Below are positions 11,341 to 22,813 of a stretch of DNA of 64,000 bases, one piece after another. The position numbers and the translations under genes were made by a program. Source of the DNA: Candidatus Poribacteria bacterium (GTDB lineage Bacteria > Poribacteria > WGA-4E > WGA-3G). The first letter of the stretch is position 1, and the number at the start of each line of letters is the position of its first letter. The stretch covers positions 1-64,000 of the forward strand of contig CBDBFU010000020.1 of assembly GCA_965205025.1 (NCBI GenBank), given 5' to 3'. Below the pieces are notes generated by a model. It saw only the letters and a list, made by a program, of their open reading frames with translations, was not told where the DNA came from and did no database searches.

Positions 11341-12756
11341 ATGAATAATATGCAAAATGACGGATCAGATGTTAGAGAAAAAATGATTCCTGACTCTCTT
11401 AAATGGGGAGCGATAGCAGGTGGTGTTATCATTTTGTTGGTCTGTGGTATATTATTAACGCGGACGAATGAATCCTCTGTAGCATTTTTAGGTAGATGGA
11501 AAAGTGCCTTAGAATCTGGAGATATACAAAAGTACGATGTCTTGTGGGGTAAAAATGCTCGAAATAAATCAAATACTGGGTATCAGGATACAGCACAACT
11601 CTTCAAGGAAAACTCACGTATTGATGTAATAATAGGAAATGCTGAAAATAGAACAAGAAAAGATCCTCAGAATCCACACTATCTTCGAGTAGAAGATATA
11701 CCATTACTCATACATGCACCAGGTGAACCTTTACAACAATTACGAACTTTAACAATTGCCAAGACAGGAATAATTCAACAACGATGGAAACTAATTAAGG
11801 ATGAAGTTACAAGCGAAGAAATAGCCACAGATATTACTACATTTGAACCAGAAGAATCTGTTGTAGAAAGAAATTCCTCATCTAATAGTCCGGTTGTACC
11901 TTTTGTTTTAGAATGGAAAAAAGCACTCGAAACTAAAAATGTCAAGAAGTATACATCACTTTGGGATAAAAAAGCACGAAAAACTAAAAATGACAATTAT
12001 CAGTTGGCTGTTGTTCAAATATCTCAAGATTTAACTGTTGATCTAAGTCAGGCAGTATATACATCAATTGCATTTTCTAAAACAAGATACTTGGTTGATA
12101 ATATCAGTGTCACAATTCATAGTAGTGGTACTTTCATAGAAACCCACTCGCGGACACTAACTATTGATAGGCGAGGATTCTTATTTAGACGTTGGAAACT
12201 TATAAATGATGAAGTTGGTGGAGATTACATATCTGATATACCAATTACACAGGAAGAGCCAGTTATTGATACTCCATTACCTGATGAACAAGTTTCAGAT
12301 ATCTTCAATGGAAGTGCACCATTAGACACTAAACTCAAAGTTAGTCAGATCCTGGCAAAATGGCAAAAGGCGTGGGAAGAAAAAGATCTTGAGACATATA
12401 TGTCAATATATGCCGAAAAAGCATTAATTACACGGGTTACTGTGAGAGGGGGTAGAGAAACATCTACATATCTTAATAAGAGTCAATTGAAGCAGAAAAT
12501 GAAAAAATTGAATCTTATGTATTCAGAAATACAGGTGAAGATTTCTAATCTTGTAATTAATGGGGATCGGGCAGTTGCAGATGTTACCTTCCTACAAAAA
12601 TTCAAAGGCACACCTGCATCTGGAACACGACCAGCGTATTCAGATATTGGAACAAAAAAATTAGATCTCATTGTTGATCCTACAGATGGTTATTGGAAAA
12701 TTCATTCTGAAACTTGGAGTCGTTATGAAGATGTTCCAGAATTTCCAAAGAATTAG
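11341..12756 (+). CDS. Membrane-anchored protein with three NTF2/SnoaL-like domains
   Basis: TM segment, then three repeats W(K/Q)xA(L/W)Exx(D/N)xxxYxx(L/I)(W/Y)...WK(L/I)xxE. Confidence 0.65.
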   Translation: MNNMQNDGSDVREKMIPDSLKWGAIAGGVIILLVCGILLTRTNESSVAFLGRWKSALESGDIQKYDVLWGKNARNKSNTGYQDTAQLFKENSRIDVIIGNAENRTRKDPQNPHYLRVEDIPLLIHAPGEPLQQLRTLTIAKTGIIQQRWKLIKDEVTSEEIATDITTFEPEESVVERNSSSNSPVVPFVLEWKKALETKNVKKYTSLWDKKARKTKNDNYQLAVVQISQDLTVDLSQAVYTSIAFSKTRYLVDNISVTIHSSGTFIETHSRTLTIDRRGFLFRRWKLINDEVGGDYISDIPITQEEPVIDTPLPDEQVSDIFNGSAPLDTKLKVSQILAKWQKAWEEKDLETYMSIYAEKALITRVTVRGGRETSTYLNKSQLKQKMKKLNLMYSEIQVKISNLVINGDRAVADVTFLQKFKGTPASGTRPAYSDIGTKKLDLIVDPTDGYWKIHSETWSRYEDVPEFPKN

Positions 12757-12853
12757 CAACCATTATCTATAGACATAATGATTGGTTATTCTCAATAATT
12801 CCAAAATAACAGGATTGAGTGGATCTAACGCAACTAATTATATAGTAAACCAT

Positions 12854-13264
12854 ATGCCTACTGAATACAGGACAAAAAGGAAGATAGAATTTTCTGATAC
12901 AGATATGGCAGGCATCGTTCACTTTACTCGGTTTTTTATCTTTATGGAGTCTGTTGAACACGAATTTCTACGAAGTTTAGGTACAAGTGTATCTACAATA
13001 ATTGATGGGAATGAAATAGGATGGCCAAGACTTGCAGCATCTTGTGAGTATCTCAAACCTTTACGATTTGAAGATGAGGTAGACATACATCTAAGGGTAA
13101 AAAAGAAAGGAAATAAATCACTTACATATCAATTCCATTTTACACTTGAAGGTAGTGATGTTGCCAGAGGTGAAGTAACAACTGTATGTTGTATTACAAA
13201 TCCTGGTGAGAAATTACAACCTATTTCAATTCCAAAAATTATATCTAATCAAATTTCAATTTAA
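12854..13264 (+). CDS. Acyl-CoA thioesterase (4HBT/YbgC hotdog family)
   Basis: FSDTDMAGIVHF motif and CEYLKPLRFED. Confidence 0.88.
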   Translation: MPTEYRTKRKIEFSDTDMAGIVHFTRFFIFMESVEHEFLRSLGTSVSTIIDGNEIGWPRLAASCEYLKPLRFEDEVDIHLRVKKKGNKSLTYQFHFTLEGSDVARGEVTTVCCITNPGEKLQPISIPKIISNQISI

Positions 13265-13303
13265 TGTGACATCAGACTGTTCAAAAAAACTTTATTGATT
13301 TCT

Positions 13304-14026
13304 ATGGGTGTTATTCAAGAGAAAAATAACAAAACACATAAGTTAAACATTAACAACTTATCAAAATCTTATGGCTCATTAGAAGTCTTACAGGATATAT
13401 CATTTAGTTATCAATCCGGATCTTCAGTTGCAATAACTGGTCCTTCAGGATCTGGTAAGAGTACACTATTACATATAATAGGTACATTAGAGTACCCATC
13501 AAAGGGTAAAGTTGAAATTGATGGTACAAACCCATTTGATTTATCTGAATCAGACTTAGCACGATACCGAAACTTGATGATTGGTTTTGTTTTTCAAGAC
13601 CATCATTTACTTCCCCAGTATTCGGTTTTGGAAAATATCCTTCTCCCCACTCTTGCCTTTTCAAAAAAAGCGGATGCTGTTGAATTTGCCGAGTATCTTA
13701 TACATAAAGTTGGTTTATCTGAACGTACTTCACATCGTCCAGGAGAATTGTCTGGGGGTGAACGACAACGTGTAGCTATTGCCCGGGCACTTATAAATAA
13801 TCCAAGTATCCTGCTCTGTGATGAACCCACAGGAAATCTTGATAACTCCACAACTGAAGAAATTGCAAAATTACTCTTCGAATTACATACAACACAAAAT
13901 ACACTTCTAATCGTTGTAACTCACAATCTGCATTTCGCTTCGCAATTTACACATCAACTAAAATTAGAGAACGGTCTCTGCACAACAGAAACATATACTA
14001 ATCTGGAAGATAATCATCCATTGTAG
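13304..14026 (+). CDS. ABC transporter ATP-binding protein (LolD/MacB-type)
   Basis: GPSGSGKST, LSGGERQRVAIARAL, CDEPTGNLD, VVTH. Confidence 0.93.
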   Translation: MGVIQEKNNKTHKLNINNLSKSYGSLEVLQDISFSYQSGSSVAITGPSGSGKSTLLHIIGTLEYPSKGKVEIDGTNPFDLSESDLARYRNLMIGFVFQDHHLLPQYSVLENILLPTLAFSKKADAVEFAEYLIHKVGLSERTSHRPGELSGGERQRVAIARALINNPSILLCDEPTGNLDNSTTEEIAKLLFELHTTQNTLLIVVTHNLHFASQFTHQLKLENGLCTTETYTNLEDNHPL

Positions 14027-14045
14027 TCCTACCAATTAATCAACA

Positions 14046-17000
14046 ATGCATTCATTCTGGTTAACAATCAAATATTATTGGGGAATTAACCTGACTCTAT
14101 TGTTATGTATAGCATTAGCAACAGGTGTCCTTGTTGGTTCATTGATTGTTGGGGATTCTATGCGGGGGGAGTTTGCGTGATATCACCTTGGATCGTCTTG
14201 GTAATATTCACCATGCTGTTATTGCAGAAAAATTCTTTGATCCTAAGATGGTAAATGTTCCTGATTCACATCCAGCGATTATTCTAAATGGTACAGTTAA
14301 TGTACCATCTACACAATCTCGCGCTTCTAAAGTTAATGTAATTGGGGTTGAAAAAACTTTCTTTAATCTATGGGATAACTCAACCCCTAATTGGAGAAAT
14401 GCACAGAATCAAGTCTTTCCTAATGTAATCCTTAATGATTACCTTAAAAGAGAACTGAATGTTGAAGTTGGGGATACCATTATCGTTAGGATCCCAAATA
14501 CAGGACAAATTCACCCAGAATTCCTACTGGGTAAGACCGATCCAGATGATGTTGTTGATTCTTTACGTGTAGTTATTAGTGATATTATAACATCAGAGCA
14601 AGGAGGAAGATTCAATCTTAATCCTCATCAGAGTTTACCATTAAATGTATATCTATCTCTCAATGTAATACAAGATAAACTTGGTCAACAAGATAAGGTC
14701 AATGCAGTATTTACAACTCCTACTCCTAATATAGAGACACAAGATCTGATACAACTAAATACAGAAGGATTAGGACTAAGCATTCACCAAAATAATAATC
14801 ATTTTGATCTGCATACAGATCAATACGTTTTATCACCATACATTGCCAATACAGCAAGTGAAATTGCAACAGATAACAATATACCTATCTTACCCTCCTT
14901 AACCTATCTTGCCAACACTATTAGTAATCTTGGTTCGGATAATGGAATTGAAGATATTGAAAGAAAGAAAATTCCATACTCAACTATAATTGCTATTCCA
15001 TTTGAACAAGGGTATTTTGCTGAAATATTCAATACTAATTCTACTTCAGAAGATAATATGTCTTTTATTGAAAGTCAAATCAAGGAGAAACAATTTTCTG
15101 ATGAAAAAATCTTAGAAATAAGAAAAGAATACGATGGAAAATACCAAGAATTAATGAAGGATTTATCTGAATTAACTGAAAAAAATCGAAGGCAAACTAC
15201 AGAATACAAAATTGCATCGACAAAAAAGGATAAGTTGTTTGCAGAAATCAATAGAAAACAACAACAAATCAAACGTTTTTATAATACTGATGGTATCTAT
15301 CTCAACAGATGGGCGGCAGATGACCTTAATGTAACAATCAGTGATAAAGTCAGCGTGAGTTATTATACGATAACACCACAAGAAGAGTATATCACTGAGA
15401 CTACTTCTTTCTTAGTAAAAGGAATTGTTCCAATTGAGGGGTTAATTGCTGATACTAATATCATACCTCAATTTCCAGGAATACATGAAACAGATAATAT
15501 ATCAGAATGGAATCCACCATTTCCCCTTGATTATTCATTGATTAGGGATATAGATGAGGAATATTGGGATAAATATAAGACAACGGCAAAAGCATTCATC
15601 TCCTTACAAACTGGACAGAGATTGTGGAAAAACCGTTTTGGTCAACTCACATCAATACGGTTTGGACATATTCCAGGTCAAGATATTCAAGAGACACGAA
15701 ATATATTTGAAACCGAATTTTTATCGCGTTTGGAACCAGAAAAAAATGGGGTTTCAATTCATACCTATTAGATCAAAAGGCTTACAGTCTGCAAAAGGGT
15801 CATCTGATTTTGCAATGTTATTTAGTAGTATGAGCGGATTCATAATAATTGCTGCTGCTTTTATGATTGGTTTAGTATTCAAATTGGGAGTGGAACAAAG
15901 ATCACGAGAAATCGGCGTACTACAATCAATGGGATATACAATTAAAAAAAATACGTAGAAGGTTATTATCTGAAGGTATATTACTGACATTCTTTGGGAG
16001 TTTGGGTGGATGTCTATTCGCTATTGGTTATGCCCAATTGTTAATCTACGGATTACACACATGGTGGTTACCAGCAATCGGCACACCGTTTATTAGTCTT
16101 CATATTCGTAGTTTAAGTCTCATCATGAGGGGTAATGATTTCAATCGCAGTTGCAATATACTCAATTTTCTTAGCTGTTAGACAAATTGGTAAATCCTCA
16201 ATAGTTGGACAATTAAACAAGGTATCAGTCTATTCTATAGATAAAACAATAGTTGATTCAAATAAAAAGAACAGGTCCATAAGAATACTTTTGTATTCAT
16301 CTTTTTGTATAGGTACATTATTCACCGGAGTTTTTCTTGGTAATATTGTCACCGGTGGTTGGTTAAACTTTATCATTTCATATCTTTCAATTGGTATTGT
16401 CTTCATTTTAATTCTTTTAGTCTTAAGAAAATCACTAAAAACACATGCAGATTTCTCAATTTATAGCTATATTACTTTATTAATTGTCAGTTTATTAGGT
16501 TTGACTACTGGTATTTTGATTAACTTTATATTATTAATTAATGATGTAAATTTACACCGTTTCACACTGAGTGAAAATCCCGTTTCACGCTTTATATTTT
16601 TCACTATTGGAAATCTATCATTGTGTTTTTGTACTTTTCAAAAAATGGTTGAAAATCAAATAAAATATCTCAAAATTTGAGTAGATTACGTTTTTCAATT
16701 AAAAATATTGCCAGACAAACCAACAGGAGTGAAAGTTGTGTAATGACGATAAGTTTAGCGTGTTGTATAATTGTTGCTGTAGGAGCAAATAGACAAGATA
16801 CAATTCCACAAACAGAATATTCTTTCGTTGCAGAATCATCACTTCCAATACATTATGATTTGAATACAAATGAGGGGAGAATGAAGTTGGGTTTTTCAAC
16901 AGAAGATTCTACAAAACTCTCAGAATCAGAGATATTCTCATTTCGTGTATTACCTGGAGAAGATATTAGTTGTCTTAATCTATACAAACCTGAAAAACCA

Positions 17001-17789
17001 CAAATACTTGGTGCCCCAACAGGTATGTTGAATAATGATCCATGGAATTATCTAAAACAGATGAATTTTACTAATCAGACCATACCTGCAATCGGTGATA
17101 ATAATTCATTAAAGTGGATATTACAACATACCCCACATGAAGACTTCATTGTTAATGATGAGACAGGAAAACAACTTTATCTTAGAATCAAAACAATAGA
17201 AAATAGTCTATACCAAAGTCAACTTATCATCTCTGATACTAATTTCCTAAAGTTTTTTCCAAGTGTAAGTGGATATCAATTCTTCCTAATTAAAACACCT
17301 GAAACCTATCGAATTGAAACTGCCCAAATTCTTGAAAAAACCTTAACCGAGTTTGGTCTTGATGTGACATCTGCATCAGACAGATTAGTAGCTTTTCGAT
17401 CTGTACAAAACACATACATATCGACATTTCAAAGTCTTGGGGGATTGGGATTATTGATAGGTACATTTGGAATGGCATTAGTAATGATACGAAATATTAT
17501 TGAACGGAAAGGTGAATTAGCCACACTCAGGGCATTTGGTTACAGTCGTAAGCTATTATCAGGACTATTATTTCTTGAGAGTAGTTTTCTATTGATAATT
17601 GGAATGTCTATAGGGATTCTCTCTGGTCTTGTAGGTATTATCAGTATTCAGGGAGGTATTCCATCCTTCCCCTGGATATCCTTATCTATCACCTTGCTTT
17701 TTGTCCTAATATTCGGTATAATTTCTAATATATTAGCAGTGAATTTTGCTCTTCGGAGTCCATTATTGTCGACACTAAAATCTGAATAG
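14046..17789 (+). CDS. Large FtsX/MacB-type ABC permease, broken by about six indels in homopolymers
   Basis: N-terminal GSLIVGDSMRG|SLRD and two FtsX motifs (EQRSREIGVLQSMG, IERKGELATLRAFG). Frame breaks at G6 14164-14169, A7 15740-15746, A8 15944-15951, about 16130 and about 16640-16655. Confidence 0.8.
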
Positions 17790-17832
17790 TGGTCTTAGAC
17801 TAAGTAATTTCACCAGGAACGATTTTTTCAAG

Positions 17833-18417
17833 ATGTATCCTTTCATCAGACTCCGATTTCCATTTATAGTATTACTAATTTTAACCCATCTTGCATGTTC
17901 TAATGACACTGAATTTGAATCCTCTACTACTCTAAGACATACACAGATTGGATGGTCTGCTTATAATTCAGGGAACTATACACAAGCATTGCTTTCTTTT
18001 GAAAGAGCACTAAAAGTTGATCCTGAATATGCTGATGCACATAACGGTGTTGGGTGGTCTAATTTGAGCTTATCCCTTTCATTACAATTCTCTCAAGAAT
18101 CATTTCAAAATGCAGTGAAAATTGATTCAACGAATGGCGATGCCTGGGTAGGATTGGCAAATGTCCTTTATTTGCGATATAAAAACAAATCAGATTTTGA
18201 ATCAGCGATTCGTGCCTTAGATAATGCCTTACAAGGTGATGAGCAGTATTTGTATCGACATGATTACTTTTCGAAAGCTAATTTGTTTGCCCTAAAGGCA
18301 GCATGTTATTACTATCTTGGGGATAATGACAAAACTATTAAGGAAATTAAAAACACATTGAGTTTAGATGCAGAAAATAGTACAGCATTAGCATTGCAAA
18401 GTCTATTTAGAGAATAG
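17833..18417 (+). CDS. TPR-repeat lipoprotein
   Basis: Lipobox HLAC; TPR patterns GWSAYNSGNYTQALLSFERAL and DAWVGLA. Confidence 0.75.
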   Translation: MYPFIRLRFPFIVLLILTHLACSNDTEFESSTTLRHTQIGWSAYNSGNYTQALLSFERALKVDPEYADAHNGVGWSNLSLSLSLQFSQESFQNAVKIDSTNGDAWVGLANVLYLRYKNKSDFESAIRALDNALQGDEQYLYRHDYFSKANLFALKAACYYYLGDNDKTIKEIKNTLSLDAENSTALALQSLFRE

Positions 18418-18437
18418 AATTATTATAGGAGTGTTAT

Positions 18438-19334
18438 ATGTCTAATAATGTTATTACATCTACAGAGTTATCAAATATTAAACCAGCACATAGTGGGAAA
18501 GTTCGTGATCTTTACGATTTAGGTGATGAATACCTAATTGTTTCAACCGACAGAATTTCCGCTTTTGATGTTGTCTTACCAAACGGTATACCAGATAAAG
18601 GGAGAGTCTTAACAGGTCTATCAACGTTTTGGTTTAATTTCACGAGAAATGTTGTAGAAAATCATCTTATTACCACTGATGTAGAAGAATATCCAGAGGA
18701 AGTACAAAAGGATTCTCAACTATTACATGGACGATCTATGTTAGTACGCAAGGCTAAGCGTGTAGACATAGAATGTGTTGTACGTGGATATCTTGCTGGA
18801 TCGGGATGGTCTTCCTATCAAAAGTCAGGTGAGATCTGCGGACAGAAACTTCCAGCTGGTTTAAAAGAATCTGATCGTTTACCTGAATTGCTCTTCACCC
18901 CCACAACAAAAGCTGAACAAGGTGAACATGATGAACCTATCTCCATAGATGAAATGCGTAGTCAAGTGGGTTCTGAATTGACGGATCAGTTGATTGATAT
19001 TAGTTTTAAACTGTTTAATGCTGCAAGTAAACATGCTGAGAAATCTGGAATAATTTTATGTGATACAAAGTTTGAATTTGGAGAGCGGAATGGAGAGGTA
19101 ATTCTGATTGATGAAGTATTCACCCCCGATTCCTCTCGATTCTGGCCTGCGGATCAATATGAACCTGGTAAATCACAACAAAGTTTTGATAAGCAATTTG
19201 TCCGTGATTATCTATCTGAAATTGGTTGGAACAAACAACCACCAGCACCCCAATTACCTGATGATGTCATTATTAAAACAAGTGAAAAATATCGTGAAGC
19301 ATATAAGCTTATTGTTGGTAGGGACCTTGAGTAA
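18438..19334 (+). CDS. purC: SAICAR synthetase
   Basis: GKVRDLY, TDRISAFD, ECVVRGYLAGSGW, DTKFEFG, TPDSSRFW, SFDKQFVRD. Confidence 0.97.
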   Translation: MSNNVITSTELSNIKPAHSGKVRDLYDLGDEYLIVSTDRISAFDVVLPNGIPDKGRVLTGLSTFWFNFTRNVVENHLITTDVEEYPEEVQKDSQLLHGRSMLVRKAKRVDIECVVRGYLAGSGWSSYQKSGEICGQKLPAGLKESDRLPELLFTPTTKAEQGEHDEPISIDEMRSQVGSELTDQLIDISFKLFNAASKHAEKSGIILCDTKFEFGERNGEVILIDEVFTPDSSRFWPADQYEPGKSQQSFDKQFVRDYLSEIGWNKQPPAPQLPDDVIIKTSEKYREAYKLIVGRDLE

Positions 19335-19355
19335 TACAAGCATGAAATGAAAATA

Positions 19356-19829
19356 TTATTCCATATAGAAAATATGGCTGCGTTCAAATAATCCATCAAG
19401 GAATACTTCAACGAACCATTCACCCTGAGCAAATTGGTCAACTGCCAATGTTGTTTCTGGTGCATCTATATAGAACCAAGTTATTTTTTCACCTGTTGAA
19501 GATGAAATTGTCCTTTCCTCAGTCCAAAATGGTGGATCATCCACATCATCTTCTGGTGAATACCAAGAGACTTCAACGGTATGAGCCTTATTGATATTCT
19601 CCCATAATAACCATAAATACACTTGCTCATTTACTTCAGATGCGAACGTATCTGTAATTCCATCAGGTCTGTCATCATGGACAGATAGTGCTAATACAGA
19701 TTCAACAATATTTGGTTCACCGCGTCCAAGGTCTATTGCTCCACTTCCACCTGATGTTGACTCTTCACATCCTGTTAAGATAATTAAGAAAAGAAATATA
19801 CTTAATAATGATGTATATTGTTTGTACAT
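19356..19829 (-). CDS. Hypothetical lipoprotein (Ig-like beta-sandwich)
   Basis: Lipobox LTGC after a hydrophobic stretch; VSWYSP...GEWFVEVFLDG pattern. Confidence 0.65.
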   Translation of the reverse strand: MYKQYTSLLSIFLFLIILTGCEESTSGGSGAIDLGRGEPNIVESVLALSVHDDRPDGITDTFASEVNEQVYLWLLWENINKAHTVEVSWYSPEDDVDDPPFWTEERTISSSTGEKITWFYIDAPETTLAVDQFAQGEWFVEVFLDGLFERSHIFYME

Positions 19830-20136
19830 TATAAATTCTCCTGTGTCTATATAAGGTCTATCGAACATTTGATATGATATAATAATAGATAATAGCAATA
19901 TTAATAGGGTTTACATTTACAAGGATAGACAAGAAATTTCAAAGATAACCAAAAACAGTGAAATTTTATGCAAAACACTTTTGGGAAAGTAAGTCATAGT
20001 CTCGTGGTATTTTGATTTTACGGATTAGTCTAACGTATGTCTTAATCATATATAACGAAAGGTATATATGATGGTTTACACTACTGATGATTAACCAAAT
20101 TATATTGGTATATCTCTATTGAATTGATGATATTTC

Positions 20137-22476
20137 ATGATAATATATAAAACCATCTCATATTGGTTCTGGGTAATTTTCTTTTTTACAGTCTCATTAT
20201 TACTCTGCACAATACCTTTATTTAACATACTTGGTTTTGAGTTTTGTGCAGTCATAACTATATGTGTATCCATCGCAGGATCACATGTTGCAATGACACA
20301 GTTACAAGTAATGTTAAAGAATCCAGATAATCTTCAAGGTTCCAGCAGCCAATTCATTCTAAGATGTTTTTATACTACTCTCAAGTCTAATTTCCTATTA
20401 CTGATTATTCCTCTAATCATTATATTGTTCAATTCACTACGAATAAAGAATTGTAATTATTTAGATGGTTTCTTTTATTTCTTTACACTTCCATTTATCA
20501 GTTGTTTGATTGTCTCTGCTGCAGGGATATTTTTTATCGTATGGATACGGAAGAGGTGGTTAGCTTACCTTGCTTACATTGGATTTCTCATATTATCTTG
20601 TATACCCGTAGTGATTAATCTCATATTTCATCCTCCTGTATTTGCATACCATCCCATTCTTGGATATTTTCCTGGTCCAATCTATGATTTTCTGATCTCT
20701 ATCTCCCCATCTTATTATATTGCACGAACCATAAGTATATTATGGGGAGTTGTGTTTTTATACGTTGGAATTAATACATGTGAAGTAAGTAGAAATACAA
20801 GCTTTTCACCAAGTCTAAACTGGAGCAAACTTCTCTTGATTGATTCTAATCGTATTCATATAGGAAAGATTGTTACATGTCTTTTTTTATTACTCCTTGT
20901 AATTTTTAGCGAAGTCTTTTCAAGTCAGTTATTAATACGTCCCACACGAAATTATATCTCTAAGGCATTAGGTGGGTATAGAGAAACTGAACATTTTGAA
21001 ATTATCTATGCCCGAGAACTTGAGATGGAGGTTTCTCAATTTAGTAACGATTGTGAATTTCGATATGAACAGTTATCTAAATATTTGAAGACTGAGAACT
21101 CAAGGAAAGTTCGTGTATATCTATATTCCACACCAGAGCAAAAAAAGAAGCTTATTGGAGCAGGTTCAACATTTGTAGAAGATCCATTTGGTTACGGATT
21201 TCATGTACATTCACAAGGATTTCCACATCCTGTTATTAAGCATGAACTCGCACATGTCCTTACATCCGATTGGTCACCGTGGAAAGTAAGTTTAAATGTA
21301 GGTTTACATGAAGGAGTTGCTGTTGCAGCTGATTGGAGTGAAGCTGGATTATCAGTTCATCAATGGGTAAAGGCAATGCACCAATTAAAAGTTTCCCCTC
21401 CGTTGAATAGTGTCCTTGGATTTGGATTTTGGAGACATGCGGGGTCAAGAAGTTATCTCCTTGCAGGTTCATTTATTCGTTATCTTATAGACACTTATGG
21501 TTTAGAAAAACTGAAAAAAAGTTTTCCGTTAGGAAATTTAGAAAGAACTTACGGGAGAGATATAACCTCGCTTGAAGCGGAATGGAGGCAATTCCTAACG
21601 AATGAAATTAATCTCACTGAATATGATATCAAGTATGCCGAGAGACGATTGAAACGTGGAGGAATTTTCGAACAAGTATGTGCACACGAAATGGCTGCCC
21701 AAAGAAGTAAAGCATGGAAATCTTATTATAACAAGGACTATCATTCTGCTGTTGATGCCTTTTATAATATGCTTAATGATGAACCGAGTAACCATAGAAC
21801 GTTGGTTGGTTTGATGTATAGTGCATTTAAGAAAGGTGATATTCCTCTTACTTCCTCAGTTGCCAAGAAGATTTCCAATGATGAGAATTCGCACTATCGG
21901 ATTGAAGCCACACAATTACTTGGAGATATCCATTGGTCAAAAGGTGAAATAAAACAAGCATTACAGTTGTATAAGAGTGTAGTCGACAGGCATTTACATT
22001 ATCGTCGCCAATTGAATATACTGAAAAGAGTAGCAGCTTTATCAGATACATTTAACACAGCATCACGGTTAAAACTTAGAAATGTACTAACACCAAATAG
22101 TGATACACCTACAATAGGAAATGGAACTAAAATAGCAATGTTAATGCAGGTTATAGAATCAGAACCAGACCAATGGTTGCCCTATTTATTGATAGGGGAG
22201 TTACTACATAAAGAGAACTCCTGGGATTTAAGTACTCAATATCTGATGTATAGTCTAAAACTTAATCAAACAATTGAGACTATATCCATACCAGAACAAT
22301 TAAGATTATATTCACAGATATTAATTGGGGAGAATATTTTTCAATCAGGGGATTATGAAAATGCAGAAAGCCGTTTTAAAAAAATCATTAGTGATGATAT
22401 TTTAACATTAGGAACGAAATTATATTTGGAAGATTGGATTGAACGGTGTAGATGGATGATGACTAATACTAAATAA
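20137..22476 (+). CDS. Polytopic membrane protein with gluzincin-like metallopeptidase domain and C-terminal TPRs
   Basis: Multiple TM helices; KHELAHV plus downstream LHEGVA third ligand; helical TPR-like tail. Confidence 0.7.
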   Translation: MIIYKTISYWFWVIFFFTVSLLLCTIPLFNILGFEFCAVITICVSIAGSHVAMTQLQVMLKNPDNLQGSSSQFILRCFYTTLKSNFLLLIIPLIIILFNSLRIKNCNYLDGFFYFFTLPFISCLIVSAAGIFFIVWIRKRWLAYLAYIGFLILSCIPVVINLIFHPPVFAYHPILGYFPGPIYDFLISISPSYYIARTISILWGVVFLYVGINTCEVSRNTSFSPSLNWSKLLLIDSNRIHIGKIVTCLFLLLLVIFSEVFSSQLLIRPTRNYISKALGGYRETEHFEIIYARELEMEVSQFSNDCEFRYEQLSKYLKTENSRKVRVYLYSTPEQKKKLIGAGSTFVEDPFGYGFHVHSQGFPHPVIKHELAHVLTSDWSPWKVSLNVGLHEGVAVAADWSEAGLSVHQWVKAMHQLKVSPPLNSVLGFGFWRHAGSRSYLLAGSFIRYLIDTYGLEKLKKSFPLGNLERTYGRDITSLEAEWRQFLTNEINLTEYDIKYAERRLKRGGIFEQVCAHEMAAQRSKAWKSYYNKDYHSAVDAFYNMLNDEPSNHRTLVGLMYSAFKKGDIPLTSSVAKKISNDENSHYRIEATQLLGDIHWSKGEIKQALQLYKSVVDRHLHYRRQLNILKRVAALSDTFNTASRLKLRNVLTPNSDTPTIGNGTKIAMLMQVIESEPDQWLPYLLIGELLHKENSWDLSTQYLMYSLKLNQTIETISIPEQLRLYSQILIGENIFQSGDYENAESRFKKIISDDILTLGTKLYLEDWIERCRWMMTNTK

Positions 22477-22570
22477 TATACATAATAAAAAACAACTAAA
22501 AGAGTAATTGATAAGAGAAAATAACAAATTCTTGGTAGATTCTTCATTCAGAATTCTGATTTCCTTATAA

Positions 22571-22683
22571 TACCATTTCGATAAATTATTGTCTCATTAG
22601 GCGGTTATTATGGTAGTCATTTTTCAGGTCACAAACTGAAAGTTTGTGGTACAAAAAAGAGATATTTTCAATTAGAAATGGTA
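22571..22683. mobile_element. 113-bp MITE-like element (copy 1 of 2)
   Basis: Terminal inverted repeats TACCATTTC...GAAATGGTA, internal hairpin CACAAACT-gaa-AGTTTGTG; highly similar copy of the same length at 35710-35822. Confidence 0.78.
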
Positions 22684-22778
22684 TAAGATGTGAATTTAGT
22701 TGTTGGTAACTATTATTTTCAATAATGAGAATAGGTTGTAACATCAAAAATATTATACTGTTCATGTGAAATGTCCAG

Positions 22779-22807
22779 TTGACCTAATGTAGATTGCATA
22801 ATATAAT
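22779..22807 (+). promoter_or_regulatory. Sigma70 promoter, probably giving a leaderless mRNA for the GNAT gene
   Basis: TTGACC-17bp-TATAAT ending 7 nt before the A of the ATG at 22814. Confidence 0.6.
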
Positions 22808-22813
22808 ATAGGT

